DNA of 31,552 nt from Candidatus Woesearchaeota archaeon. Lineage in GTDB: Archaea > Nanobdellota > Nanobdellia > Woesearchaeales > JAGVYF01. The stretch is taken from the NCBI GenBank assembly GCA_016211195.1, contig JACQSS010000011.1, forward strand, positions 1-31,552, in the 5' to 3' direction. Shown one piece after another: positions 6,320-14,931 of this stretch. Within the stretch, counting starts at the first letter, position 1. Each line of letters opens with the position of its first letter. Made by a program: the position numbers and the translations under genes. The notes beneath the pieces were generated by a model. The model was given only the letters and a program-made list of their open reading frames with translations, did no database searches and was not told the origin of the DNA.

Positions 6320-9029
6320 CGATGACCTCAGACGTGAGCAGTTAGTCACCTTCCTGCGAACCCACAAGAAGATCATAACATGGCTCTTACTGGCATTCAT
6401 TATCTACACTGCGACATCGGTGCGTTTCTCCAATTTGGGTTACCTTAAGGATGTCACATCCGGAAATTACGTCGCTGCAGACCTTGATGCATTCCTCTTC
6501 TACCGGTATGCGGAATATATCCTTGAGCATGGAACAGCCATGGAGCATGACAGCATGCGGTATTACCCATACGGTGAACCATGGGACTTGTTACATGGAC
6601 ATCAGGGATTCCCGCATTTTCTGGTCATGTGGTATAAGTTCCTGCACTTTTTTAACGGTGCAGTCACGTTTGATTATGCCTATATCATCTATCCGACTGC
6701 CATCCTTGCATTGACACTACTTGTTTTTTTCCTGCTGGTACAAACTGTCTTTGGTAGTTTTGCCGGGTTGCTTGCAACCGCAGCATTAGGATATAGTCCC
6801 GCCTATCTTTTTCGTACCATGACTGGTGTTGCTGACCACGATGCAGTGGGTATGCTTATGCTTACCCTTTCTCTTTTTCTCTATATGAAAGCCCTGCAAC
6901 AGGAAACCGTGAAAATGAGCGTATTCTATGGGTTTTTGACCGGCCTCTCTACCATCACGATGGTCTTTGTCTGGCTGGGTGCAGGGAATTTCCTTTACCT
7001 TATTCTTGGAGGCACCACACTTGTCCAGATATTCCTTAACTTGTTCCACGAGAAAGATTATTTTGCGTATCTCACATGGTTCATCACGTTTCTCAGTGGC
7101 CTGGAATATCTTGAGCTGCTATCTATTGGAGACCTGCTTGGCTCGACGACAACAGAGATGGTCGTCCTTGCATTGGGGACAGGAACTATCTATTACCTCC
7201 TTTTTGAAAAAGACATCTTTGGCGCAGCACCTAGGCTGAAAAAGCTATTGCCGAGTGGCATCACGTGTGTGCTCTGCACTGTCTTCATAGGCCTTCTTCT
7301 CATCTCTGCTGTACACGGTCCCACGTTCCTTTTCCAAAAAGCAGGCAAGCTCTATGGTGACATGGTCGCTCCGTGGGCAAAGGATCGGTGGCAACTGACT
7401 GTCGCTGAGCAGCACCAGCCATATCTTGTTGATTGGTACGGTCAGATGGGCAAGTATTATGTCCTTTTCTTCCTGCTCGGGTCAGTCTATCTTTTCTACG
7501 AGCTGATGAAACCACTGGGTCACCATCTGAAGAAGGTCAATATCCCTTATATTTCGATGACCAGCCTTGTTTTGTTCTATGCGGCATTCATTTTCAGTTT
7601 CACATTCAGCAGATATTCACAGGATTCAACATTGAACGGGACGAACTCCTTATCTATCTGGCTCTATCTCGGCAGCCTTGTTGTGTTTATTGTGGGATTC
7701 TTTATCCTCTATACGTATCTCTTTTATCAGAACAGGGACGATTTTTATAACGCAGTATCACAATTGAACAAGACATACATCCTCATTTTTGTGTGGTTCT
7801 TTTTCATGACCGTTGGCGCGCGTGGGGCCATACGGCTCGTTTTCACGTATACACCGGTCACCACACTCCTATTCGGGTATTTTGTCATGCGACTTTTTGA
7901 GCTCGCCAATGGATTGCAGGATAAACTCTATCGTGTTCCTGCGCTCCTCCTGCTCGGACTGCTTGTCCTGTCCCCAATTTCTCTGGGGAGTACACTGGGC
8001 AAGGGAATACTTCCACAGTATTATGACGGCATTAAGGCACAGGCGCAATATACAGGAACACCATACAATCAGCAATGGCAGCTTGGCATGGATTGGGTGC
8101 GCCGCAATACGCCACAGGATGCTGTCTTTGCGCATTGGTGGGATTATGGTTACTGGGTCCAGACTGGTGGACAACGGGCGACAGTAACTGATGGGGGGAA
8201 TGAACACGCCAACTGGAACTATCAGATCGGCCGCCACGTCCTTACTGGACAGAACCAGACAGAGGCACTAGAAGTACTTGCTGCTCATAATGCAACACAT
8301 CTCCTGATTATTGCTGACGAGATTGGAAAATACACAGCTTTCTCCTCAATTGGTTCTGATGCGAACTATGACCGGTATAGTTGGGTCAATGTGTTCACGC
8401 AGAACCTTCAACTGAGCCAGCAGACACGTAATGGGACCACTTTCCTGTATCAAGGGCAATATCCGCTTGATGACGATTTTATGTACAAGGGTGAGTTTTT
8501 TCCGAAGATGGCTTCGGGCATTGGCGGTTTCCTCGTCCCATTCAATGAAGTCACTGTCCAGGAAGGGAACACCACAGCGAAACGCACAGTGGTATCACAA
8601 CCAAAAGCTGCTTTGTTTAGCAGTAACGGGCAACGGACTGATGTGCCGCTTGAATGCTTATACATTGACGGACAGTTTATCACCTTCCCGGAACCTGGTC
8701 TGAAAGGGTGCCTGAAGATTATTCCAACCATCAATGGGGACAAACAAAATATCATCGGGGCAGGTCTTTATGTCTCCGAAGAAGGGGTCAAGGCGATGTG
8801 GACAAACCTGTATCTTTTCGACGGGAAAAATCCTCGTTTCCCGGTTCCGGCATTTGAGCTTGCTTATGATGACAGTGATAAGATGCCTTTCCTTGTCTAC
8901 AATGGCCGGCTGATTGGACCGTTGCGCATCTGGAAAGTCAATTATCCAAAAGAGTTCTCATTGTCAGAAGAGAAGGAGAACCTGTATCTCGGTTTCGCGC
9001 ACGAAAATCCGGAAGCGACGAAGATATAG
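6312..9029 (+). CDS. aglB: Archaeal oligosaccharyltransferase AglB (STT3 family)
   Basis: Long polytopic N-terminal half. Canonical WWDYGYW motif (AHWWDYGYWVQTGG). Acidic DLD in the first external loop region (AADLDAF). Soluble C-terminal domain. 905 aa. Confidence 0.92.
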   Translation: MSDDDLRREQLVTFLRTHKKIITWLLLAFIIYTATSVRFSNLGYLKDVTSGNYVAADLDAFLFYRYAEYILEHGTAMEHDSMRYYPYGEPWDLLHGHQGFPHFLVMWYKFLHFFNGAVTFDYAYIIYPTAILALTLLVFFLLVQTVFGSFAGLLATAALGYSPAYLFRTMTGVADHDAVGMLMLTLSLFLYMKALQQETVKMSVFYGFLTGLSTITMVFVWLGAGNFLYLILGGTTLVQIFLNLFHEKDYFAYLTWFITFLSGLEYLELLSIGDLLGSTTTEMVVLALGTGTIYYLLFEKDIFGAAPRLKKLLPSGITCVLCTVFIGLLLISAVHGPTFLFQKAGKLYGDMVAPWAKDRWQLTVAEQHQPYLVDWYGQMGKYYVLFFLLGSVYLFYELMKPLGHHLKKVNIPYISMTSLVLFYAAFIFSFTFSRYSQDSTLNGTNSLSIWLYLGSLVVFIVGFFILYTYLFYQNRDDFYNAVSQLNKTYILIFVWFFFMTVGARGAIRLVFTYTPVTTLLFGYFVMRLFELANGLQDKLYRVPALLLLGLLVLSPISLGSTLGKGILPQYYDGIKAQAQYTGTPYNQQWQLGMDWVRRNTPQDAVFAHWWDYGYWVQTGGQRATVTDGGNEHANWNYQIGRHVLTGQNQTEALEVLAAHNATHLLIIADEIGKYTAFSSIGSDANYDRYSWVNVFTQNLQLSQQTRNGTTFLYQGQYPLDDDFMYKGEFFPKMASGIGGFLVPFNEVTVQEGNTTAKRTVVSQPKAALFSSNGQRTDVPLECLYIDGQFITFPEPGLKGCLKIIPTINGDKQNIIGAGLYVSEEGVKAMWTNLYLFDGKNPRFPVPAFELAYDDSDKMPFLVYNGRLIGPLRIWKVNYPKEFSLSEEKENLYLGFAHENPEATKI

Positions 9030-9072
9030 TCATTTCATGAAGTGATAGAGGTTAAACAGTAAACCGGTTATC

Positions 9073-10203
9073 TTATCGAATCAGCTTGTTATCATCATAG
9101 ATCTTCAACAGTTGTGGAATCTTTTTGTCCCATGCATATTCATGCTTGATGAATTCGCGGGCCTCTTCCCCTAAAGTAATAAGCTGTTGTTTATTAGACA
9201 AGAGGTCTTGCAGCGTGCGAGCAAATTCATGCTTGTCAAAGACATCAATTGCCAGTTTCTGATGATGAACACGTTCTCTGAAGGCCGTATTATCTCGTGA
9301 AACCAAAGCGGGTGTTCCTGCTGCTTCAGCTTCCAGAATCGCATATCCAAATTCATCATATAAGGACGGTGCTACCAGCAAATGGCTCTGTGCAATATGA
9401 AAAAGCGTTTCCTCCCGAGGCAGCAGCCCCAACAGCTTAATTTTTGGTTTGAGGGTGGGGTACTTATTCAGGACCACCGCAAAGTAAGGGGGAATTTCGC
9501 CCATGATCTCAAGAGTAAAGTTCTGCTTGACATTCTCCAGTGCATTGAAAAGTAAATAGAGTCCTTTTCTTTTTGTCCAGATATGGTGCCGTCCAACGAA
9601 AGTCATGGTCAACTCTTCCTTCTTTTTGACGCGTCCTTTTGGAATTGTTATACCGGGAGGGAAATAGAGCGCCCTATATCCTTTTTTCACGAGGGTCTCG
9701 GTAACAAAATTGGTAACGCCTAAGACACATCTTACTTTCTGCAAAGCAAAATAGTCTTTGATGCTCATCTCAATTTCCCTTACAATCCGGTAAGGTAATT
9801 GAAAAAAAGGTGCATATCGTCTTGCCAGCACCATGCATTCTTTCACTCCCTTGGGAAAATCCCAAGCGACCCCAATCACTGGGGCTCTTATCGTGTGGTA
9901 CGGAAGGTGATCAGCAGTATGAACGATATCTGGGTCGATTCTATTGATAAGTGCAGAGACCTCTTTGCCCACAAAAAAAGGATCAATCGACGAAAAAGGA
10001 GGCAGCTGCTTTATCTTATCACCCAAAAATGAAAACGTTTTCGCTGGTGACGGATAAAAGCAAAGCATGTTCTTTTCAGCAACATCTTTTGCTTCACCGA
10101 TGACGATTATCTCATTATTCGTTTCCTTTAACGCGTGCGCCAACTCAATAATGTATGTTCCTATACCCGATCCTTCTGTATACGGATACAAACAGATTTT
10201 CAT
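9073..10203 (-). CDS. Glycosyltransferase, GT4 family (GT-B fold)
   Basis: C-terminal GT4 signature EFGYAILEAEAAGTPALVS (E-x7-E region) and a typical N-terminal MKICL...G.G.Y start. The size (376 aa) fits. Confidence 0.8.
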   Translation of the reverse strand: MKICLYPYTEGSGIGTYIIELAHALKETNNEIIVIGEAKDVAEKNMLCFYPSPAKTFSFLGDKIKQLPPFSSIDPFFVGKEVSALINRIDPDIVHTADHLPYHTIRAPVIGVAWDFPKGVKECMVLARRYAPFFQLPYRIVREIEMSIKDYFALQKVRCVLGVTNFVTETLVKKGYRALYFPPGITIPKGRVKKKEELTMTFVGRHHIWTKRKGLYLLFNALENVKQNFTLEIMGEIPPYFAVVLNKYPTLKPKIKLLGLLPREETLFHIAQSHLLVAPSLYDEFGYAILEAEAAGTPALVSRDNTAFRERVHHQKLAIDVFDKHEFARTLQDLLSNKQQLITLGEEAREFIKHEYAWDKKIPQLLKIYDDNKLIR

Positions 10204-10242
10204 GGTGCTGAAGAAGAATTCTGAATGCTTCTTAATGCTTTC

Positions 10243-11199
10243 TCATTTAGACCAGTCAAGAGCAATTTCTTTCCCCGTCTCTAAACTCTCCTGAGCAGAC
10301 TGCAAAATCCTAATGATGGTATATCCATTACTCGCGTCAGTCACAGGTTTTTCCCGTGTTCGTACACAATCAAAGAAGTAAGAACACTGGAGCTCCAATG
10401 GGCTCGTCTCATTCAAAAAAGAACGCTGGGATGTGGTACCATTTTGAAGGTTATGAATGCTTAATTCTTTGGAAATGTCATCAAAGAGAACTGTCTTTTT
10501 GCTTCCTGAGATGATGACCTTTCTTGTTTTCTGGGCACCAGTCCAGCCGTTGTAGATAGATCCCTTGATACCACTTGGATAAGTGACCACAATATCAACA
10601 GAATTCGCAGCCATGTGATTCAGTGGGTCTCTTTGTTGGACAAAGACCCTGGTAGGGTTTTCTCCAGTCAAATAATTCATCAGTGAGAAATCATGGGGGG
10701 CATAATCCCACATGACATTAATGTCATTTCTACCCGGTCCGGGGCTGCTTCGGTCAGAAGAAAAATCAATCAAAGTTCCTAATTCCCCTTCAGTAATCAT
10801 CTTTCTTACCACACGTGTTACCGGGTGATAAAGATAAATGTGCCCGACCATCAAAATCCGAGATGATTTTTCTGAGAGAGTAACTATTTTTAGGGCATCC
10901 CCTGAAGAAAGTGTCATCGGCTTTTCGACTAAGATATCCTTTTCAGCTGATAAAGCAGACGTCGCGAGGTCATAATGTGTCCCTGGTGGAGTAGCAATGA
11001 TGAGGGCGTCAATGTGCTTGTCATGCAACAAAGAATGATAATCATGAGTAAATTGGCACCCGGCCGGCAGGTTTTCAATCCTTCGGTGAGGACTACAGAC
11101 CCAACGCAGTTGAACATCGTCCATCTTCATGATGGTTCTGAGATAATTCAAACCCCATGGGCCAACGCCGATGAGACCAATCTGCAGGAGATGATTCAT
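10243..11199 (-). CDS. Gfo/Idh/MocA-family NAD(P)-dependent oxidoreductase, a likely sugar-nucleotide dehydrogenase
   Basis: N-terminal Rossmann motif IGLIGVGPWGLNYL, an EKP motif (LVEKPMTLS), and size typical of the family. Overlaps the upstream gene by 4 nt. Confidence 0.75.
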   Translation of the reverse strand: MNHLLQIGLIGVGPWGLNYLRTIMKMDDVQLRWVCSPHRRIENLPAGCQFTHDYHSLLHDKHIDALIIATPPGTHYDLATSALSAEKDILVEKPMTLSSGDALKIVTLSEKSSRILMVGHIYLYHPVTRVVRKMITEGELGTLIDFSSDRSSPGPGRNDINVMWDYAPHDFSLMNYLTGENPTRVFVQQRDPLNHMAANSVDIVVTYPSGIKGSIYNGWTGAQKTRKVIISGSKKTVLFDDISKELSIHNLQNGTTSQRSFLNETSPLELQCSYFFDCVRTREKPVTDASNGYTIIRILQSAQESLETGKEIALDWSK

Positions 11200-12293
11200 A
11201 TAAATTTGTCTTCCTTTATCTTCTCGACTAATCGTTGAGCCATGAGTGGAGCAGAAATAAATTTACCCTCAAAAAGGGAATAAATCCCGGGAGCATCCTG
11301 ATGAGCCTTGATTCGTGTATGGCGGGCGTCACCAACAACACTGACGGGAATTGGTCGAGTGCCATACAACGACTGCACATATTCCAGATCTCCAAAAAAT
11401 GGGAAGTACTCTTTGCCATGCTCTACCATTTTATCCCAATTGGTCTGACTCCGCTTTGTGTCATCCATGAAATAGCCATCCTTCCTATCCAATACAGAAT
11501 GGACAACATCGTAGACCACATATAACCCTGTCTCTTGTTCACCCATTATCGGCAATAAACTGATGAATGGGCCATCCATGACGGTCAACGCCGGTATTTT
11601 GTCCTTGCTTCGCGCAATGACGACTTCAGTATGCTGAAGGAAATAGCGCGTCATATCTCTTTCTAACCCCAAAATCGTTAAGATGTTATTTGTACATGCA
11701 TAGGTTGCATTGACGATCACATCTGCCGGATGCTGTCTGTTTTTTCCTGAGCGGCCATCAGAAGAGATGATGCAATATCTGTTTGCCTTCTCAAACCCGA
11801 CGACTCTTGAACCAGTGTGAACATCAATCCCTAATTCAGATACTTCTCTCTCTAACAATCTTTTCAGAATCTTTGGATTGTAAACTGGTTCTGGAACTCT
11901 GAAAAAACCGTCTATGTTTTCTTTATTCCAGAAAGTTTTCGCCGGTTCTTTTTCATCATACGGGAGCCCAACATTTTCACAAAATTTCTTATATTGGGGA
12001 TAAGACGTTTTGGACCCTTCCTTTGCCAAGAGATAATAGTTCTCTTCCGGATAAAACAAGGCTTCCGGATATCTTCCCTTAAAAAATTCTAACCCTTCAA
12101 AGCATTCAGCGACGGTTTCAGGTGACCGAGGATAATGATACCCGAGATGCGCCCGGTATTGTGTCGCTATCGATGTTCCCATCATGACCCCAGTCTCTTT
12201 TTCCAACAGAGAGACCTGAACGCCTTCCCGAGCAAGCGCAAGAGAAGAGAGAAGTCCATGCACCCCTCCGCCAATGACCACTGCTTTTACCAT
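11196..12293 (-). CDS. FAD-dependent oxidoreductase (DAO-like)
   Basis: N-terminal dinucleotide-binding motif VVIGGGVHGLLSSLALAREGVQVSLLEKE. Confidence 0.7.
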   Translation of the reverse strand: MVKAVVIGGGVHGLLSSLALAREGVQVSLLEKETGVMMGTSIATQYRAHLGYHYPRSPETVAECFEGLEFFKGRYPEALFYPEENYYLLAKEGSKTSYPQYKKFCENVGLPYDEKEPAKTFWNKENIDGFFRVPEPVYNPKILKRLLEREVSELGIDVHTGSRVVGFEKANRYCIISSDGRSGKNRQHPADVIVNATYACTNNILTILGLERDMTRYFLQHTEVVIARSKDKIPALTVMDGPFISLLPIMGEQETGLYVVYDVVHSVLDRKDGYFMDDTKRSQTNWDKMVEHGKEYFPFFGDLEYVQSLYGTRPIPVSVVGDARHTRIKAHQDAPGIYSLFEGKFISAPLMAQRLVEKIKEDKFI

Positions 12294-12370
12294 TTTCTCA
12301 CGGAGTTCATTTTTTCCACCATTTCAAAGGAAAACAGTCAGTCTTTTAAAAAAGTTATGCAAGAATGGGA

Positions 12371-12423
12371 CCATTGAAAAGCTCTCAATGGCCATCAACC
12401 CTGTGAGCATCGACTTGTTACTC
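12371..12423 (+). repeat. Partial, diverged copy C of the MITE-like element terminus
   Basis: CCATTGAAAAGCTCTCAATGGCCATCAACCCTGTGAGCATCGACTTGTTACTC aligns to rc(5666-5721) with about 6 mismatches and a 2-nt indel. It overlaps the stop codon of the pyrH-like gene. Confidence 0.75.
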
Positions 12424-13080
12424 CAGCACGGTGCCGATGAATGACTCCCTACTAATAATATGGGCCACATTCTCCAGATTAGCTCCATTGGCGAGAATCA
12501 CCCGCAAGCCACTTTTTTGTGCTTCCATGGCTGCGATAGGGTCAAACGGTGCATGCAACCCCGGATTCCACGTCGGCCCAATCATGGCAAGATAATCTTT
12601 CCAACTGAGCACAGGAAGCGGACGTGCATCCGGATGCAGACGTGGGTCTTTGTCATAGACATAATCCTGATTGAACAAGTTAATCAGCAATGTTGCCTTA
12701 TACGTCTGTGCAAGGATCACGGCATCATAGTCTGTGCTGCTGCCCGGCAAGTGCCCTGCTGCAATGATTACCTTGTTTCCTGTCGCTCGTTTATGCGGGT
12801 CATATTGTACTTCGGTAGAACTGCCCAAAGCTGCGCGGAGCAGTTCAGCATTAACCCGTGTGATCATGATTCCTATCCAGTCCAAGCTTTCCTGCTCAGT
12901 CACGCCCAGTGCACGCGCAGTATCCTGGTAGCGTCTGCACACAGCACCCCCACCCGTCACAAGAATAAACCTTGTGTCCCTCATCGATTGAATGAAGTCC
13001 CTAAATCGACTAATGAATTCTGTGTCAATGCTCTCGGGGACAAGCAGGGAACCACCCACAGAGATGACAATCGTCTCCAT
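12418..13080 (-). CDS. pyrH: Archaeal-type uridylate (UMP) kinase
   Basis: ISVGGSLL, LVTGGGAVCRRY, GIMITRVNAELL, PGSSTDYDA and VYDKDPR motifs are collinear with archaeal PyrH. The start is moved to internal ATG 13080 (METIVISVGG), because the longer ORF would run into the upstream gene. Confidence 0.8.
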   Translation of the reverse strand: METIVISVGGSLLVPESIDTEFISRFRDFIQSMRDTRFILVTGGGAVCRRYQDTARALGVTEQESLDWIGIMITRVNAELLRAALGSSTEVQYDPHKRATGNKVIIAAGHLPGSSTDYDAVILAQTYKATLLINLFNQDYVYDKDPRLHPDARPLPVLSWKDYLAMIGPTWNPGLHAPFDPIAAMEAQKSGLRVILANGANLENVAHIISRESFIGTVLE

Positions 13081-13112
13081 GTCCCAACGCAAGGCATCTT
13101 GCTTCTTATATC

Positions 13113-13460
13113 TTACCGTGCCAACCCAATGAGTGAGACGCCGATGATGATACTGCATATCCCCGCAGTTTTCAACAGGTTGATGTCTTCCCTGAGTTGG
13201 TATTTTGACAAGAGAGTAATCCAGATATATGCTGTCGACGTTAGGGGATAGATCACTGATAGGTCACCAAACCGGAGAGCCACGAGGCCCAATGCCATGC
13301 CGACACCATAGCATCCAACCCCGATGACAAGATGTTTGGAGGCCGAACTTTTCAAGGACCATGATAGTTGTGCAGCGGCTTTTTTCAGATAAAGCGCTCC
13401 AAATGATCCGGTAACACATGAAATCAACACAAGTGCCATTGCACCAACTGTTGTTGCCAT
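13113..13460 (-). CDS. Half-size EamA/SMR-like membrane protein (4 TM), ArnE/ArnF-like, subunit 2
   Basis: Four hydrophobic helices in ~115 aa. The motif FGDLSVIYPLTSTAYIW parallels the paralog upstream. The start is placed at ATG 13460, which shares one nucleotide with the upstream stop (TAATG). Confidence 0.65.
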   Translation of the reverse strand: MATTVGAMALVLISCVTGSFGALYLKKAAAQLSWSLKSSASKHLVIGVGCYGVGMALGLVALRFGDLSVIYPLTSTAYIWITLLSKYQLREDINLLKTAGICSIIIGVSLIGLAR

Positions 13461-13831
13461 TATCCTGTCCTCATGGCAATGGCTGTTTTTGACCCCAAGC
13501 CAATGAGCGAAACTCCGAAAATGATTAGTCCGATACCAACCCAACGAAGAGGGGGAATGTCCTCATGTAGGATAAATAAAGAGAGCAAATTGACCCAGAT
13601 GAAGCTTGTAGCAATGCCTGGGTAGAGAACAGAGAGTTCCCCGAATTTCAATGCCACAAGCAAGAGTCCAGCTGCGATGACATAGAGCAAAAGGCCGAGG
13701 AGTAATGGTCCATTCATCGGGAGTGTTCGGCTGATTTTCATCACTCCTGTCTTGAGAAGCAGTTGTGCCACAGATGTAAAGAATGTGCATGTGAGCACGA
13801 GAGCCATTGCCCACCATTTTGTTTGCTGCAT
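13460..13831 (-). CDS. Half-size EamA/SMR-like membrane protein (4 TM), ArnE/ArnF-like, subunit 1
   Basis: 123 aa with four hydrophobic helices. FGELSVLYPGIATSFIW motif. Confidence 0.65.
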   Translation of the reverse strand: MQQTKWWAMALVLTCTFFTSVAQLLLKTGVMKISRTLPMNGPLLLGLLLYVIAAGLLLVALKFGELSVLYPGIATSFIWVNLLSLFILHEDIPPLRWVGIGLIIFGVSLIGLGSKTAIAMRTG

Positions 13832-13854
13832 CAGAGGTCTTACTCTGTAACGGC

Positions 13855-14898
13855 TTATATAGCTTCCGTACCGTTCATGATCGCTAACGGTCTGATTGCT
13901 TCGTGGTGATCAATGGTCAGGGAGCCGCCAGCACCTTGCCATGCCTTGACTGATGTCAAGTATTCATTTATTCCTTTTGCAGTTGCATTTTTCCTGAGCG
14001 CCTCTGCAACAAGCATTATTGCATCATAGGCATTTGCAGCCACCAAGTCTGGCACGGTGCCGTAGCGTTTCTGATATGCATGGATAAATCCTTGTGCTGT
14101 CGTTGTATTAGTAAAAGTGTAATTGACATAGATGACTCCACGATGATGGCCTAATGTTTCTGTTGAAAAGATGGGGCCTTTGTATTCCTGTACCGTACTG
14201 AGAACTTCATCATTGTCAGCAGCGATGAAAAGAGATGTTGCGTCTGGAATAAGGGTCTTATTATTGTAAATTATTTCATCCTCAATCAATCCACCGAGCC
14301 GTATATATGTCTCCTTGAATCTGTTCTTCACAACGAGTGCATAATCTGAATCCATGAAAAGTAATGTTGTCCTGTTGACTCCGATCGCAATCATGTACTC
14401 CGCAAGCAATTTACCCTGTAAATCATCTGACGGCCAGACGCTAAAGACATTGTCCCCGACTTCTCTGATGTCCGGGGATGATGCAGCAATCCCGACAATG
14501 GTCATTTTTGGGTTCAGCAATCCAGCTGCTACAGTTTCTGTATCACAACCAGTAATGATCACGGGTGATGTTCCCCGCATTGCACGCTTTGTTCCAGCAG
14601 CGGTGCATGCTCCATCCCCAAACTGGACTTGCACTGTTTGCCCATGGACGCCGCCGGTGTCTTTGATTTCTTCGACAGCAACATCGATACCTTTCTGCGC
14701 TGATGTACCCATCACTGCAGAAGGACCAGATAATGGGATGATAATCTGGATGACCAATGGCGTTTCGTCAACTGGATCAACAGTATTTTCCTGAGGTGCT
14801 TCTTTTTGTTGGGTACTCTCTTTTTGATAGACAAACCATAAAGAAATAGCGGCAATGAGGAATAATACCACAAGTGGTTCTTTCCGTAGCCGTCTCAT
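13855..14898 (-). CDS. Membrane-anchored periplasmic-binding-protein type I (LivK / Peripla_BP_6-like) solute-binding protein
   Basis: N-terminal TM anchor, then IIIPLSGPSAVMGTSAQKGIDVAVEEIKDTGGVHGQTVQV, which is typical of branched-chain-amino-acid-type binding proteins. Confidence 0.7.
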   Translation of the reverse strand: MRRLRKEPLVVLFLIAAISLWFVYQKESTQQKEAPQENTVDPVDETPLVIQIIIPLSGPSAVMGTSAQKGIDVAVEEIKDTGGVHGQTVQVQFGDGACTAAGTKRAMRGTSPVIITGCDTETVAAGLLNPKMTIVGIAASSPDIREVGDNVFSVWPSDDLQGKLLAEYMIAIGVNRTTLLFMDSDYALVVKNRFKETYIRLGGLIEDEIIYNNKTLIPDATSLFIAADNDEVLSTVQEYKGPIFSTETLGHHRGVIYVNYTFTNTTTAQGFIHAYQKRYGTVPDLVAANAYDAIMLVAEALRKNATAKGINEYLTSVKAWQGAGGSLTIDHHEAIRPLAIMNGTEAI

Positions 14899-14920
14899 GG
14901 ACGTGCGGGGGCGATGGCCT

Positions 14921-14930
14921 CTATATATAG
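14921..14930 (-). promoter_or_regulatory. Palindromic TATA-like element CTATATATAG upstream of the binding-protein gene
   Basis: Lies 23-24 nt from ATG 14898 and sits just past the stop of the upstream gene. Confidence 0.4.
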
Positions 14931-14931
14931 T

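Noticed and set aside
9030-9072. Possible bidirectional terminator hairpin between the convergent aglB and GT4 genes (…GGTTAAACAGTAAACCGGTTA…).
   Set aside because: Only the short self-complementary AACCGGTT is present. There is no convincing stem and no T-tract on either strand.
12460-13251. 263-aa plus-strand ORF.
   Set aside because: It is antisense to the pyrH-like gene, which has strong collinear family motifs. The plus-strand product is Cys/His/Arg-rich and low in complexity, with no motif.
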